In this document: in pieces, positions 21,520 to 30,790 of the stretch
Numbering within the stretch: position 1 is the first letter of the stretch
How the letters are laid out: each line of letters begins with the position of its first letter
Assembly (NCBI GenBank): GCA_964632485.1
Contig: CAZWDO010000002.1
Span: 186,001-250,000 of the forward strand
Reading direction: 5' to 3'
Length of the DNA stretch: 64,000 nt
Origin: an uncultured bacterium
Lineage (GTDB): Bacteria > JAGOEH01
The notes under the pieces: model-generated
Database searches by the model: none
What the model was told of the DNA's origin: nothing
What the model saw: the letters and a program-made list of their open reading frames with translations, nothing else
Made by a program: the position numbers and the translations under genes

Positions 21520-21924
21520 TCAGTTATTCATCAACCCGTTTCCAGCGAAGCTTTGCTTTATACGGGTTGTGGAAATTGCCGGTGTACGCTCCAGATAGAC
21601 AATTTTACAAAATTGCTCCAGATGATCGAATTTCCCTTTCCAATCATCGCCCATTACAAAAGTGTCGATCCTATATTTTATAATATCGTTTTCTTTTTGT
21701 TCCCAGTTTTCTTCGGGAATCACAAGGTCAACATACTTTATCGCTTCCACGATTTGGGCTCGATGGCTATAGGGATAGGTGCATTGTTTATTTTTTACAC
21801 GATTGAATTCATCCGTGGAAACCGCCACGGCCAAAAAATCGCCCAATTCTTTTGCGCGTTGTAGAATTTTTAAATGTCCATAATGAAATAGATCAAAGGT
21901 TCCGTAAGTAATGACCCGAATCAT
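21520..21924 (-). CDS. tagD: Glycerol-3-phosphate cytidylyltransferase
   Basis: ITYGTFDLFHYGH, STDEFN, MGDDWKGKFD, RTPAISTT. Confidence 0.93.
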   Translation of the reverse strand: MIRVITYGTFDLFHYGHLKILQRAKELGDFLAVAVSTDEFNRVKNKQCTYPYSHRAQIVEAIKYVDLVIPEENWEQKENDIIKYRIDTFVMGDDWKGKFDHLEQFCKIVYLERTPAISTTRIKQSFAGNGLMNN

Positions 21925-21934
21925 AAGATTATCC

Positions 21935-23341
21935 TTAATTCAACTCGTAACTTTCGCCGTATTTGACGATGGTGACAGCCAATCCTTTTTCTTCGAGCAG
22001 TCCCTTAAGGTGAGCCTGGGCATCCGGTTCGCCATGTACGAGAAAAATTCGTTTCAAACGGTTCGGGTCCAATTGGTTAACCTGGCTAAGAATTTCCAGG
22101 TAGTCGGCATGTCCGCTGAAGGTGTTTAAAACTTCGACATGAGCCTTGAGCGGATAGATTTCATCAAAAATTTTCACTTGGGGTGCTTTTTCGACAATAC
22201 GACGTCCAAGGGTGTTTTGCGCCATGAATCCGACGATGAGAATCGTGTTGCGGGGATTGTAAATATTATTAGCTAAATGGTGCAAAATGCGTCCCGCTTC
22301 ACACATTCCTGAAGAGGAGATGATGATGGCAGGTTCACGCAACTCATTGAGGGCTTTGCTTTCCTCCACGCTGGAAATGAAATGGAGTTCGTTAAACCCG
22401 AATGGATTTTGATGATGATTGATGAATATGTCCCGCGTTTCCTGGTCATAACATTCCTGATGGACCCGAAAGATCGAGGTGGCATTGGTCGCCATGGGAC
22501 TATCGACGTAGATCGGTATTTTAGGAATTTTCTTTTCATCAGTCAACAGGTGCAGATAGAACACCAATTCCTGGGTCCTTTCAATGGCGAATGCCGGAAT
22601 GATGATTTTCCCGCCCCGTTGATAGGTATCATTGACAATTTTCATCAGTTTTTCCAGGGTCTGTTCGATTGGATCATGTAAACGGTTGCCATAGGTACTT
22701 TCCAATACTAAGTAGTCCAGTTCTGGTAATGGATCCGGATCGCTGATGATCGGTAGATTTTTGCGGCCCCAATCTCCTCCTACGGCGATTTTAATCTCTT
22801 CGGCGCCTTGTTTGAGTGTCAGAATCGGGATTGCCGAACCCAGTATGTGGCCGGCGTCAATAAATTTCAACATCACCCCGTCCGCGATATAAAACTCACG
22901 GTTGTATGAGATTGTAACAAATTGCTCCAGGCTTTTTACAACATCCTGTTCGACATAAATAGGTTTTTTGTCAAATGGCAGTTGTTTTTTCGCTGCTTTT
23001 TTGCGTAAGTATTCCATATCTTTCTGTTGAATGTGGGCTGAATCCATCATGATCAAACTTGCCAGATCGCGGGTCGCGGGAGTGGCATAGATGTTTTGTT
23101 CATACCCGTTGGCCCGCAGCAGGGGAATCATCCCCGAATGATCGAAGTGGGCATGGGTCAAAACTACCGCGTTCAGCGTGGTCGCATCAACTTTCCAATC
23201 ACGGTTTTTGGCCTCCGATTCGTCTCGTTTACCCTGAAAGGCCCCACAATCGACCATAATTTTTTGGTTGTTGAATTCTAAAATATGTTTGGAACCGGTA
23301 ACTTCTTCAGCGGCTCCCAGTGAGTAGAATCGGGTCTTCAT
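21935..23341 (-). CDS. MBL-fold beta-CASP ribonuclease
   Basis: GAAEEVTGS, LTHAHFDHSG, AGHILGS, ESTYGNR, SGMCEAGRILHH, FSGHAD, LVHGE. Confidence 0.92.
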   Translation of the reverse strand: MKTRFYSLGAAEEVTGSKHILEFNNQKIMVDCGAFQGKRDESEAKNRDWKVDATTLNAVVLTHAHFDHSGMIPLLRANGYEQNIYATPATRDLASLIMMDSAHIQQKDMEYLRKKAAKKQLPFDKKPIYVEQDVVKSLEQFVTISYNREFYIADGVMLKFIDAGHILGSAIPILTLKQGAEEIKIAVGGDWGRKNLPIISDPDPLPELDYLVLESTYGNRLHDPIEQTLEKLMKIVNDTYQRGGKIIIPAFAIERTQELVFYLHLLTDEKKIPKIPIYVDSPMATNATSIFRVHQECYDQETRDIFINHHQNPFGFNELHFISSVEESKALNELREPAIIISSSGMCEAGRILHHLANNIYNPRNTILIVGFMAQNTLGRRIVEKAPQVKIFDEIYPLKAHVEVLNTFSGHADYLEILSQVNQLDPNRLKRIFLVHGEPDAQAHLKGLLEEKGLAVTIVKYGESYELN

Positions 23342-24609
23342 TTGATTTCCTTTCTAATGGCGGCAAATCGTTCAAGTATGGGTAATTGCTGCGTGCAAAT
23401 CTTTTCACAGGCGCCGCAGGCTATGCAGTCATCAATATATTGGGCCAATGGCTTCTTATGATGCTTGTCAAAACGAGTGGCTAAATCCGGTAATTGCTCT
23501 TTCCCGTTCAAAATAACCGAATTATAGAGGTCCATGATATCGTAAACCGGAATTTTGACCGGGCATAAATCACAATATTCGCAGGTTGTGCAAATCTGGT
23601 CAACTTTTTGTAGAAACTGCCGACGGATGACCGCTAATTCTTCCTCTTTAAACAATTTTAAAAAATTAAGAGTCTTGACGTTCTCCATGACCTGATCCTT
23701 GGCTTTCATACCGGAAAGAACGACGCTAATTCCCGGGTGGCCCATGTTAAATGCAAGCGCTGTTTGGGCGATAGTAATGCTCTGGTTGGCTGGATCCATT
23801 AATCGTGAGAAATAATCTTCATTTTGCGGGATCAATCCGCCGGCTAAGGGGTTCATTGTCACCACGCCAATTCCTTTTTTAAAGGCCAATTCCAGAGGTT
23901 CTGCCTCGCGTGTGGAATTGATAATATTATAACTGATCAGCATTCCTTCAAAAACATCGTCATTGAGCATAACCATAGTGTCTTTGGGTTTGGAGTGAGT
24001 GGAAAAGACAATATGGTCAATCAGTCCCTCTTTTTTGGCCTCCATGGCGCCTTCGTAAGGGCCTCCCTTGGCCATCACCGCTTTGTATTGCTCTAATCCT
24101 ATAATCGACCACATGTGAAAAAAATGGATTTTGTCATGTCCATAATTCTTTAAAGCGTCATCAATCCGGCGGCGGACTTCCCCCGCGGTTTTTTCGGAAT
24201 TGGAACTTGATTTCGTAGTCAGATAAAAAGGGAGCGGCGATTTTTTGCCCTGGTTTTTGCGTTTGATCTCTTTAATGGCAACGCCGATAATCTTCTCACT
24301 CTCGCCCCGCACATAGCGGGGAGCTGAATCAAAATAATTGACTCCGAGATCATAGGCATAGGTCACGACTTCAGCGCCCTGGTCGTAATTACCCTTCGAT
24401 ACGGGCTCATATTCAAACCGCATTCCGCCGAATCCCAGTAGTGAAACCTGTTTGCCAGTCTTACCGTATGGACGGTAAATCATCGGGGAAACCGGTTGCT
24501 TTTTCCAATCGCCGGCCCAAGTGGGATAGTAGGGAAGCAGGGTTTCTATCCATAGACCTAATGCTGATGCCCCGCATACCTTGAGAAAATCTCGCCGTTT
24601 CTGTCGCAT
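23338..24609 (-). CDS. Aldo/keto reductase family protein with C-terminal Fe-S domain and a Tat-like signal
   Basis: KRRDFLK; LGFGGMRF, NYFDSAP.Y, MNPLAGG; CTTCEYC..CP and CIACGACEKIC. Start set at MRQK after an AAGGAG RBS. Confidence 0.85.
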   Translation of the reverse strand: MRQKRRDFLKVCGASALGLWIETLLPYYPTWAGDWKKQPVSPMIYRPYGKTGKQVSLLGFGGMRFEYEPVSKGNYDQGAEVVTYAYDLGVNYFDSAPRYVRGESEKIIGVAIKEIKRKNQGKKSPLPFYLTTKSSSNSEKTAGEVRRRIDDALKNYGHDKIHFFHMWSIIGLEQYKAVMAKGGPYEGAMEAKKEGLIDHIVFSTHSKPKDTMVMLNDDVFEGMLISYNIINSTREAEPLELAFKKGIGVVTMNPLAGGLIPQNEDYFSRLMDPANQSITIAQTALAFNMGHPGISVVLSGMKAKDQVMENVKTLNFLKLFKEEELAVIRRQFLQKVDQICTTCEYCDLCPVKIPVYDIMDLYNSVILNGKEQLPDLATRFDKHHKKPLAQYIDDCIACGACEKICTQQLPILERFAAIRKEIK

Positions 24610-24734
24610 AACCACTCCTTTGACGATTTGTTTGTAAGTAATATACACATTAAATTAAAAATCGCAAGAAAAAATGAAAGGATTAGCCGGAATTGTACCG
24701 AAAAAATACGTAAAATTTAACACAGGGTCGGACG

Positions 24735-25640
24735 TTATTTATTAATCAATCGCCAATCGGGATATTTTTTTTCTAAAAACTCAAGAAGTTGACTACTCTC
24801 TTTAGCGTCCCGGTCAATCGCTTCCATCCGGGCCAACGCCTCGCCTGGTATGTCGGCATTAAACCGATAGTTTATAATTCCTAAATATTTGCCTATATGG
24901 TGCGCCTGAACGACCATCCTACCTTCAATCTCATGTGAATAACCGGGCTGGGGACCACTACCGATAATAGCTAACAAGCCAGGGTTGTTTTTCGCTAATT
25001 GGTCATTTCCTTCCGGTGTGTTATACGACAATAAAATAATATAGTCGGCTTTGGCTTTTAATTCCTCTAAATAATGCGTAAGAACAAAATCCGGCGGAAC
25101 CAGTTTGAGTTGATTATCACTAATAGCGCCGAAACACTCTTGTTTTACATCATCAAATATGCCTAAAACGGCAATTTTTTTGGGTTTCCCCTGAATGGAA
25201 CGGTTGAGAATCACATAGGGCTCAAAGAGAGGCTTTCCGTTTTTCAGGAAAGATGCCGATATATACCGGGCGCGCGTTCTTTGAATTATCTTGAGCGTCG
25301 AATCCAGATTTCCTGCAAAATCAAAAGGAGTCATGTTGACGACATCGTACCCCAACTGGTCGTATAGATCGAAAATCAGAGAGGGCTGCTTTTGAGCGCG
25401 AAACGGCAATAAATTAAAATTTCCGGCATCCAACAAAATGTGATTAGGATAAATTTCACGCTGAATCGATAAAAACTCGGCCCGTTGAAGAATTCCGCCC
25501 CCTCCCTTTCGGCAACCACAACCCACCAGTTCGCCCTTAACGTCGTTGGTATGGAATAGTGTTAATTGATCGGTATTTATTTTTTGGCAATACAACATCC
25601 CAAAAAATATAAAAGATAACAACCCTGCGATTTTTTTCAT
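24735..25640 (-). CDS. Exported UshA/5'-nucleotidase-like metallophosphoesterase-fold protein with a CGC motif
   Basis: Signal peptide; LFHTND.KGEL.GCGC..GG, LLDAGN, LGYD, IIG, GKYLG. Confidence 0.65.
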   Translation of the reverse strand: MKKIAGLLSFIFFGMLYCQKINTDQLTLFHTNDVKGELVGCGCRKGGGGILQRAEFLSIQREIYPNHILLDAGNFNLLPFRAQKQPSLIFDLYDQLGYDVVNMTPFDFAGNLDSTLKIIQRTRARYISASFLKNGKPLFEPYVILNRSIQGKPKKIAVLGIFDDVKQECFGAISDNQLKLVPPDFVLTHYLEELKAKADYIILLSYNTPEGNDQLAKNNPGLLAIIGSGPQPGYSHEIEGRMVVQAHHIGKYLGIINYRFNADIPGEALARMEAIDRDAKESSQLLEFLEKKYPDWRLINK

Positions 25641-25862
25641 AGATTCTCCCGAGTAAGTGAATTTAATGTGCATTTATTCAATTTGATAGATCTATTTTTT
25701 ACGATTTAACATTTATAATTGGGAAAGGTTCCTTGAAAAAGAAGTCGATAGGGAAATTTTAACATAAAAAGAAAATATCTTGACTAATAAAGGTTTTTAT
25801 ACTATTATCAATTTGCGCTGATTTTCTCCCGATTCGGGGAGTATTCCGCAACTGCAATTTGA

Positions 25863-26002
25863 CTAATCATTTATGGAAAGGCTGATTATGGAAGCAATTA
25901 CTCCAATAACTAATGTAATGAAGCTTATCAAAGCGCCCACCTTGAATGAATCCGGCGAATACACAAATATAACCTCATGGGTTCCGGGCCCAACAAAGAC
26001 CC
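25863..26002 (-). CDS. C-terminal fragment of a YfhO-family membrane protein (rest lost in the N-gap)
   Basis: Own translation: VFVGPGTHEVIFVYSPDSFKVGALISFITLVIGVIASIISLSIND*, matching the YfhO tail (V..G.H.V.F.Y.P.S...G..IS plus a TM helix). Not in the ORF track. Confidence 0.7.
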
Positions 26003-26012
26003 NNNNNNNNNN

Positions 26013-27193
26013 CCGTCAATAGTAATGCCCAGTTTTTAGCCCGTCGATTTTTTCAACTGGGTTTGACTCATACGGTTCAGTGGGTGATTCCGGATGATAT
26101 TGAGATAATTGGGCAAGCGTTGCGCAATTGGCAGCGCGAGGGACGAATCATCGTGTTGACCGGGGGATTGGGACCGACCAGCGATGATTGCACCCGTGAA
26201 GCGATCGCTGCATATCTCGGCGTCCCCTTGCAAACCGATGATGAGGGATATCAGATCATTTGTCAGCGAATGCGCCGATTTAATCGGATCATTCCCCGGG
26301 GTAATCAAAAACAGGCGATGATACCGGCAGGCGCCCGCGCGATCTTCAATCCCAAAGGACTGGCTTTGGGTATTTGGGCGGATTTCAGCGGTGGATCGAT
26401 TGTAGCGCTTCCCGGGGTGCCAACTGAATTGGAAGCAATGTGGCTCAATGAAGTTGAACCCCAATTGTTCAAAATCAATCCCTTACCGCCCAAACAATCC
26501 TGTATCCGGCGAATGATCGGGATCGGCGAATCTTCAGTCGCTGAAAAAGTGAGTGAAAAAATTGCCCGGCTTTCTATAGCTGAAACTTGCATTGGCTATT
26601 ATCCTTCAATGATCGGCGTGGACCTGGTTTATTCGCCCAATGGCGCTGAAAATCAGGAATTTCTGGACTGGGTGGATCATGAGTTTGCTGATTATTGTTA
26701 CAGTCGCGATGAAAAAAGCCTGGTTGAAATTTTTGCTGATTTATGTCGCCGCTCTCAGATCACACTCGCCACCGCTGAATCGTGCACGGCTGGTTTGCTG
26801 GGTAAATTGATCACCGATCTACCGGGCAGTTCGGCTTTTTATCAAGGCGGTATTATTGCCTATAGCAATTCAGCAAAGCTAGAATTGTTAGGCATCAATT
26901 CATCGCTGATCGAAACGTACGGAGCAGTTTCCGAACAAACCGCCCGGGCAATGGCAGAATCGGTAATCCAGCGACTGGGCTGCTGCGCCGGAATAGCGAT
27001 CACCGGTATTGCCGGTCCCGAGGGGGGGACTACGGAAAAACCCGTGGGTACGGTATGGATCGCCACAAAACTTGATAATTGCATCGAAACCCATTTGCTT
27101 AGCGGCGGTCTCTCTCGCGACGCGATCCGTCATCGCAGCGCTTACCGCGCTATATTCTCCCTACTAAAACAAATCCAGCAATCGGTAAATTGA
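26013..27193 (+). CDS. cinA: CinA family (MocF domain + NMN deamidase PncC), 5' end in the N-gap
   Basis: VNSNAQFLA right after the gap, GGLGPTSDDCT, LPGVP.E, TAESCTAG, YGAVS, TGIAGP.GG..KPVGTV. Confidence 0.92.
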
Positions 27194-27762
27194 TGATGGA
27201 ACCATTACAACGCATTTTTTTAGCGCTGATTTTCAGTGAGTCGCTGCATGGAAAACTGCAACAATCCTTACGTCTCTTACGTCAACTAAAGCTTCCGATC
27301 AAATGGACAGAGGATGAAAATTTGCACCTGACCCTTAAATTCTGGGGAGAAACTGAACGCGGCCGTGTCGATGAATTGCGGCAAAAACTTCCACTGCTGC
27401 TGGAAAACCGCGCCCCGCGATTGGTGATTGACTCATTTGGCGTTTTTCCCAATTCCAGGGCTCCCCGAGTACTATGGCTGGGGATACAGGAAGAAAATCA
27501 ACCATGTCTGATTACAATTTTTGAACAAGTTGAAATGCTGAGCCGTCAAATGCGCCTGCCATTGGAATCCAAAGCCTTTCATCCCCATATCACCCTGGGA
27601 CGGGTCAGACATTCCATCGATTATAAAGTTTTAGAAAAATTCTGGAAGGAAAATCACTGGGAAGCGACGCGTGAAATTCCAGTCGCTTTTAAGCTGCTTC
27701 AAAGTACCCTCACTTCCAGCGGCGCGGTCTATCAGACTTTATTGACCATTCCCTGCCGCTGA
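27190..27762 (+). CDS. thpR: RNA 2',3'-cyclic phosphodiesterase (2H phosphoesterase)
   Basis: Two HxT motifs (LHLTLKFWG, PHITLGR), PRVLW; cinA-thpR synteny. Confidence 0.92.
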   Translation: MMMEPLQRIFLALIFSESLHGKLQQSLRLLRQLKLPIKWTEDENLHLTLKFWGETERGRVDELRQKLPLLLENRAPRLVIDSFGVFPNSRAPRVLWLGIQEENQPCLITIFEQVEMLSRQMRLPLESKAFHPHITLGRVRHSIDYKVLEKFWKENHWEATREIPVAFKLLQSTLTSSGAVYQTLLTIPCR

Positions 27763-27796
27763 AGTATGAATCTTGTCTATAAAATAAACATTCAAT

Positions 27797-27830
27797 AAAA
27801 AACCCGTGGCTCTTTGAGACACGGGTTTTT
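27797..27830. terminator. Bidirectional intrinsic terminator between thpR and hsp20
   Basis: AAAAAACCCGTG-loop-CACGGGTTTTT. Confidence 0.85.
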
Positions 27831-27846
27831 AGCGTAAGTCACTTAA

Positions 27847-28284
27847 TTACTTGATGTTGATTTCAATTTGTTTGGGTTTCGATTCTTCTTTTTTGGGAAT
27901 AGAAAGATACAGAAGGCCATCTTTGTAATTGGCTTCAATCCTCTCCATGTCCACAAGATCGGGCAATTCAAAACTACGGCAAAAAATCCCAAACGTCCGC
28001 TCCGAACGATAGAAATTGCGGTTTGCTTGCTCGCTTTCAACTTTTTTCTCACCACAGATTGTCAATACATTCGATTTTACATTGACTTTAATATTTTCTT
28101 TAGACATTCCGGGAATTTCGACCGTCACATAAAACGCATCCTTATCATCGGAGATATCGACATTCGGTACAAACGTAATCCCCGCCTGGCTTTCAAAGCC
28201 GTTTTCACCGAAAAAAGTGTCAAACACCCGATTGAAATCGCTTCTCAACCCGAACAAATCGAGGGGTCTCTTGATGAGTGCCAT
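27847..28284 (-). CDS. Hsp20/alpha-crystallin small heat-shock protein
   Basis: PNVDI, EIPGMSKENI, SERTFG.F.RSF.LP, ANYKDGLL...PK, IEI; start MALIK after an AAGGAGG RBS. Confidence 0.95.
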   Translation of the reverse strand: MALIKRPLDLFGLRSDFNRVFDTFFGENGFESQAGITFVPNVDISDDKDAFYVTVEIPGMSKENIKVNVKSNVLTICGEKKVESEQANRNFYRSERTFGIFCRSFELPDLVDMERIEANYKDGLLYLSIPKKEESKPKQIEINIK

Positions 28285-28344
28285 GGTTATCCTCCTTGTT
28301 TGGTTAGTTACTTTATCCACACACCATCAACACACGTTTTAATA

Positions 28345-28362
28345 TTGCACTATTTATGCCAA
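28345..28362 (-). promoter_or_regulatory. Sigma-54 (-24/-12) promoter of hsp20
   Basis: Minus strand TTGGCATAAATAGTGCAA = GG-N10-GC. Confidence 0.6.
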
Positions 28363-28428
28363 TTGTATTAACTTACTACATTACAACATGTTAATAAAAA
28401 ATTTCGGATACAGTTTGATTAGAGTGTG

Positions 28429-28503
28429 TGTCATTTTGGCAATACTTAGCTATTTTGGCATTTTCCATGCATGTCATATATGACTCATTTTGTCATTATG
28501 GCA
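28429..28503. promoter_or_regulatory. Repeated pseudo-palindromic sites, candidate upstream activator sequences
   Basis: TGTCATTTTGGCA (28429), AGCTATTTTGGCA (28448), TGTCATATATGAC (28472), TGTCATTATGGCA (28491). Confidence 0.5.
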
Positions 28504-28668
28504 TTGATGATGCTATAGCTTGGAAAAGTTGTGGATTAAGGTTTACACGCTATATTGGAAAAAACCCTCAATTTGTTTAAAATGACTTGACTTTTGCTTT
28601 AAAAAGAGTATATTTATAAAAAGTTGGGATTATAATGGTAGTTAACCTCTAAATTTAGACCCTGGCTT

Positions 28669-30453
28669 ATGGAATTAATAAAAATGACACCGACGCAAAT
28701 CCTGGAAAACGAGTCGAAGAACAAGAAAATCTCTTTAACGCTGTTATCATTGATTGCATTTATAGTTGTTGTTTTAAATGGATGGATGAATTATATTAGT
28801 GGGACCACTTTTTATATGTATCTTGAGTTTTTACTGGGAACTCTGATAGCTCTGAATTTTTTTATTTATCTGTTTCATCGCCGGATAGATGTTTTGGGAT
28901 ATAATCTACTGATTTTTTGCGGGCTTCTAATCCTATTCATTTTCGCGACCGGTGGTTTAGAAAAAAGCGGGTATCTGTGGTTGGGGATTTTCCCATTGCT
29001 TTCTTTTTATATATTTGACCAACGAATCAGTCTTTTATGGGTTAGTTTGTTTTGTTTGAGTATACTGATGATTGTAAGCGCTTTTGGCTTTCATTGGTTG
29101 GCTATGCCCTACACATGGGCTGCCTTGCGCCAGGGAATCATCGGTTTTGGCAGTTTTCTGTTTTTAACCTATTTATATGAATTGAAAAAAAATAAGCAGG
29201 AAAAGATAATTATGAGCCAGCTCTATACGGATGATCTGACAGGGTTGGGCAATCGCAGGAAGCTGGTTCAGGATATTCGATTAGCGCAAACACCTCAGGT
29301 TGTTTTAATTAATATTGATGATTTCAATGAAATTAATGATTTTTACGGGCATAAGGTAGGGGATGCGCTTTTAGTTAATCTGTCGGAACGGCTGATGCGG
29401 CATTTTCATGATCTTCCCTGCCGATTGTATCGGCTGCATGCCGATGAATTCGCCGTTTTGGCAATGACGATATTTGAGCAGGAATTATTGAAAGGTCTTG
29501 TGTTTCAATTTAATAATCACATTACAACGAATCCGTTTCAGCTTGCGGAACAGGAAATATCCATTACAATCACCAGTAGTATTTCTTTCGAATTCAACAA
29601 TACGCTTGAAAATGCAGATATTGCCCTTAAACTTGCTAAAATTAAACGTAAACATTTTTTGGTCTATGATGATTCGATGAAAATATTCGAACGATATCGC
29701 AATAATCTAAAATGGGCGAGCATTATTCGTGATGCAGTGGTACATGACCTGCTGGTACCCTATTACCAGCCTATTTTCAACAACCAGACCCAGCTTATCG
29801 AAAAATATGAATGTGTCGTCCGTTTAGTCGATAAAGACCGGGTGATCACTCCCTACTCTTTTTTAAATATTGCTAAAAAAACAAAACTTTATCCCAAAAT
29901 TACCCAAAAGATGATCCATAAATCGTGTGAGTTTTTTTCGGGAAAGCCTTATGAATTCTCAATCAATCTGGCGGTGGAAGACATCTTGAATGATGAAACG
30001 GTTGAGTATATTTTGAGTGAAATCCAACGAACTCGTACTATGGGGCAGGTTGTTTTTGAAATTCTTGAATCTGAGGGAATCGAACAATTTGACGACGTTA
30101 TAGATTTTATCCGGCGGGTGAAGGAATGGGGGTGCAAGATTGCGATTGATGATTTTGGCACTGGCTATTCCAATTATGAATATGTTCTTAAACTCAATGT
30201 GGATTATATTAAAATTGACGCTTCTCTCATCAAGGACATTGATACCAATCCGATATCTGAGATTGTCGTCGGCAATATTGTTAATTTTTCCCGCCAACTT
30301 AATATTCTGACCATTGGCGAGTTTGTCCATTCAGAATCCGTTTTCCGCAAGATACAGGAATTAAAAGTGGATTATACCCAGGGATACTTTATTGGCGAAC
30401 CGCGTCAGTATTTAGTGGAAGCTAACCCGTTTGGAGCAATCGCGCATGAGTGA
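28669..30453 (+). CDS. Membrane-bound GGDEF-EAL protein, probable c-di-GMP phosphodiesterase
   Basis: N-terminal TM region; TDDLTGLGNRR and a degenerate HADEF; PYYQPI..YECVVR, EILESE, IDDFGTGYSN, IKID, QGY. Confidence 0.88.
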   Translation: MELIKMTPTQILENESKNKKISLTLLSLIAFIVVVLNGWMNYISGTTFYMYLEFLLGTLIALNFFIYLFHRRIDVLGYNLLIFCGLLILFIFATGGLEKSGYLWLGIFPLLSFYIFDQRISLLWVSLFCLSILMIVSAFGFHWLAMPYTWAALRQGIIGFGSFLFLTYLYELKKNKQEKIIMSQLYTDDLTGLGNRRKLVQDIRLAQTPQVVLINIDDFNEINDFYGHKVGDALLVNLSERLMRHFHDLPCRLYRLHADEFAVLAMTIFEQELLKGLVFQFNNHITTNPFQLAEQEISITITSSISFEFNNTLENADIALKLAKIKRKHFLVYDDSMKIFERYRNNLKWASIIRDAVVHDLLVPYYQPIFNNQTQLIEKYECVVRLVDKDRVITPYSFLNIAKKTKLYPKITQKMIHKSCEFFSGKPYEFSINLAVEDILNDETVEYILSEIQRTRTMGQVVFEILESEGIEQFDDVIDFIRRVKEWGCKIAIDDFGTGYSNYEYVLKLNVDYIKIDASLIKDIDTNPISEIVVGNIVNFSRQLNILTIGEFVHSESVFRKIQELKVDYTQGYFIGEPRQYLVEANPFGAIAHE

Positions 30454-30790
30454 GTTCAGTGTGGTTATCACCACCGTTGACCAGAGCGATCTGGCCCGGA
30501 AAATGGCGGATTGTCTGGTCGAAAGCTCGTTGGCGGCTTGTGTTCAAATTCACGGCCCAATTTTTAGTGTCTATCGTTGGCAAGGACAAATTCAACACAG
30601 CGATGAATGGGTGTGTTGGGTTAAAACCCGAACTGATCTGGCGCCGGCGTTGATGGAGTTGATCAAGAAAATCCACGGATATGAAGTTCCGCAGATTGTT
30701 TCTTTTCCCTTGCAGAGCGCCGCTGATTCGTATGCCCAATGGTTACGGGATGTTACACTTCCTTTGGAGGAATCCTCACATGGCCATTGA
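30446..30790 (+). CDS. cutA: Divalent-cation tolerance protein CutA
   Basis: LVESSLAACVQ, SVYRWQG, HGYEVPQI. Confidence 0.93.
   Translation: MSEFSVVITTVDQSDLARKMADCLVESSLAACVQIHGPIFSVYRWQGQIQHSDEWVCWVKTRTDLAPALMELIKKIHGYEVPQIVSFPLQSAADSYAQWLRDVTLPLEESSHGH

Noticed and set aside
25888-26002. Plus-strand ORF MEAITPITNV... as the cinA N-terminus
   Set aside because: No resemblance to CinA; the opposite strand gives a convincing YfhO C-terminus
27868-28371. 167-aa plus-strand ORF
   Set aside because: Antisense shadow of hsp20 with no motifs
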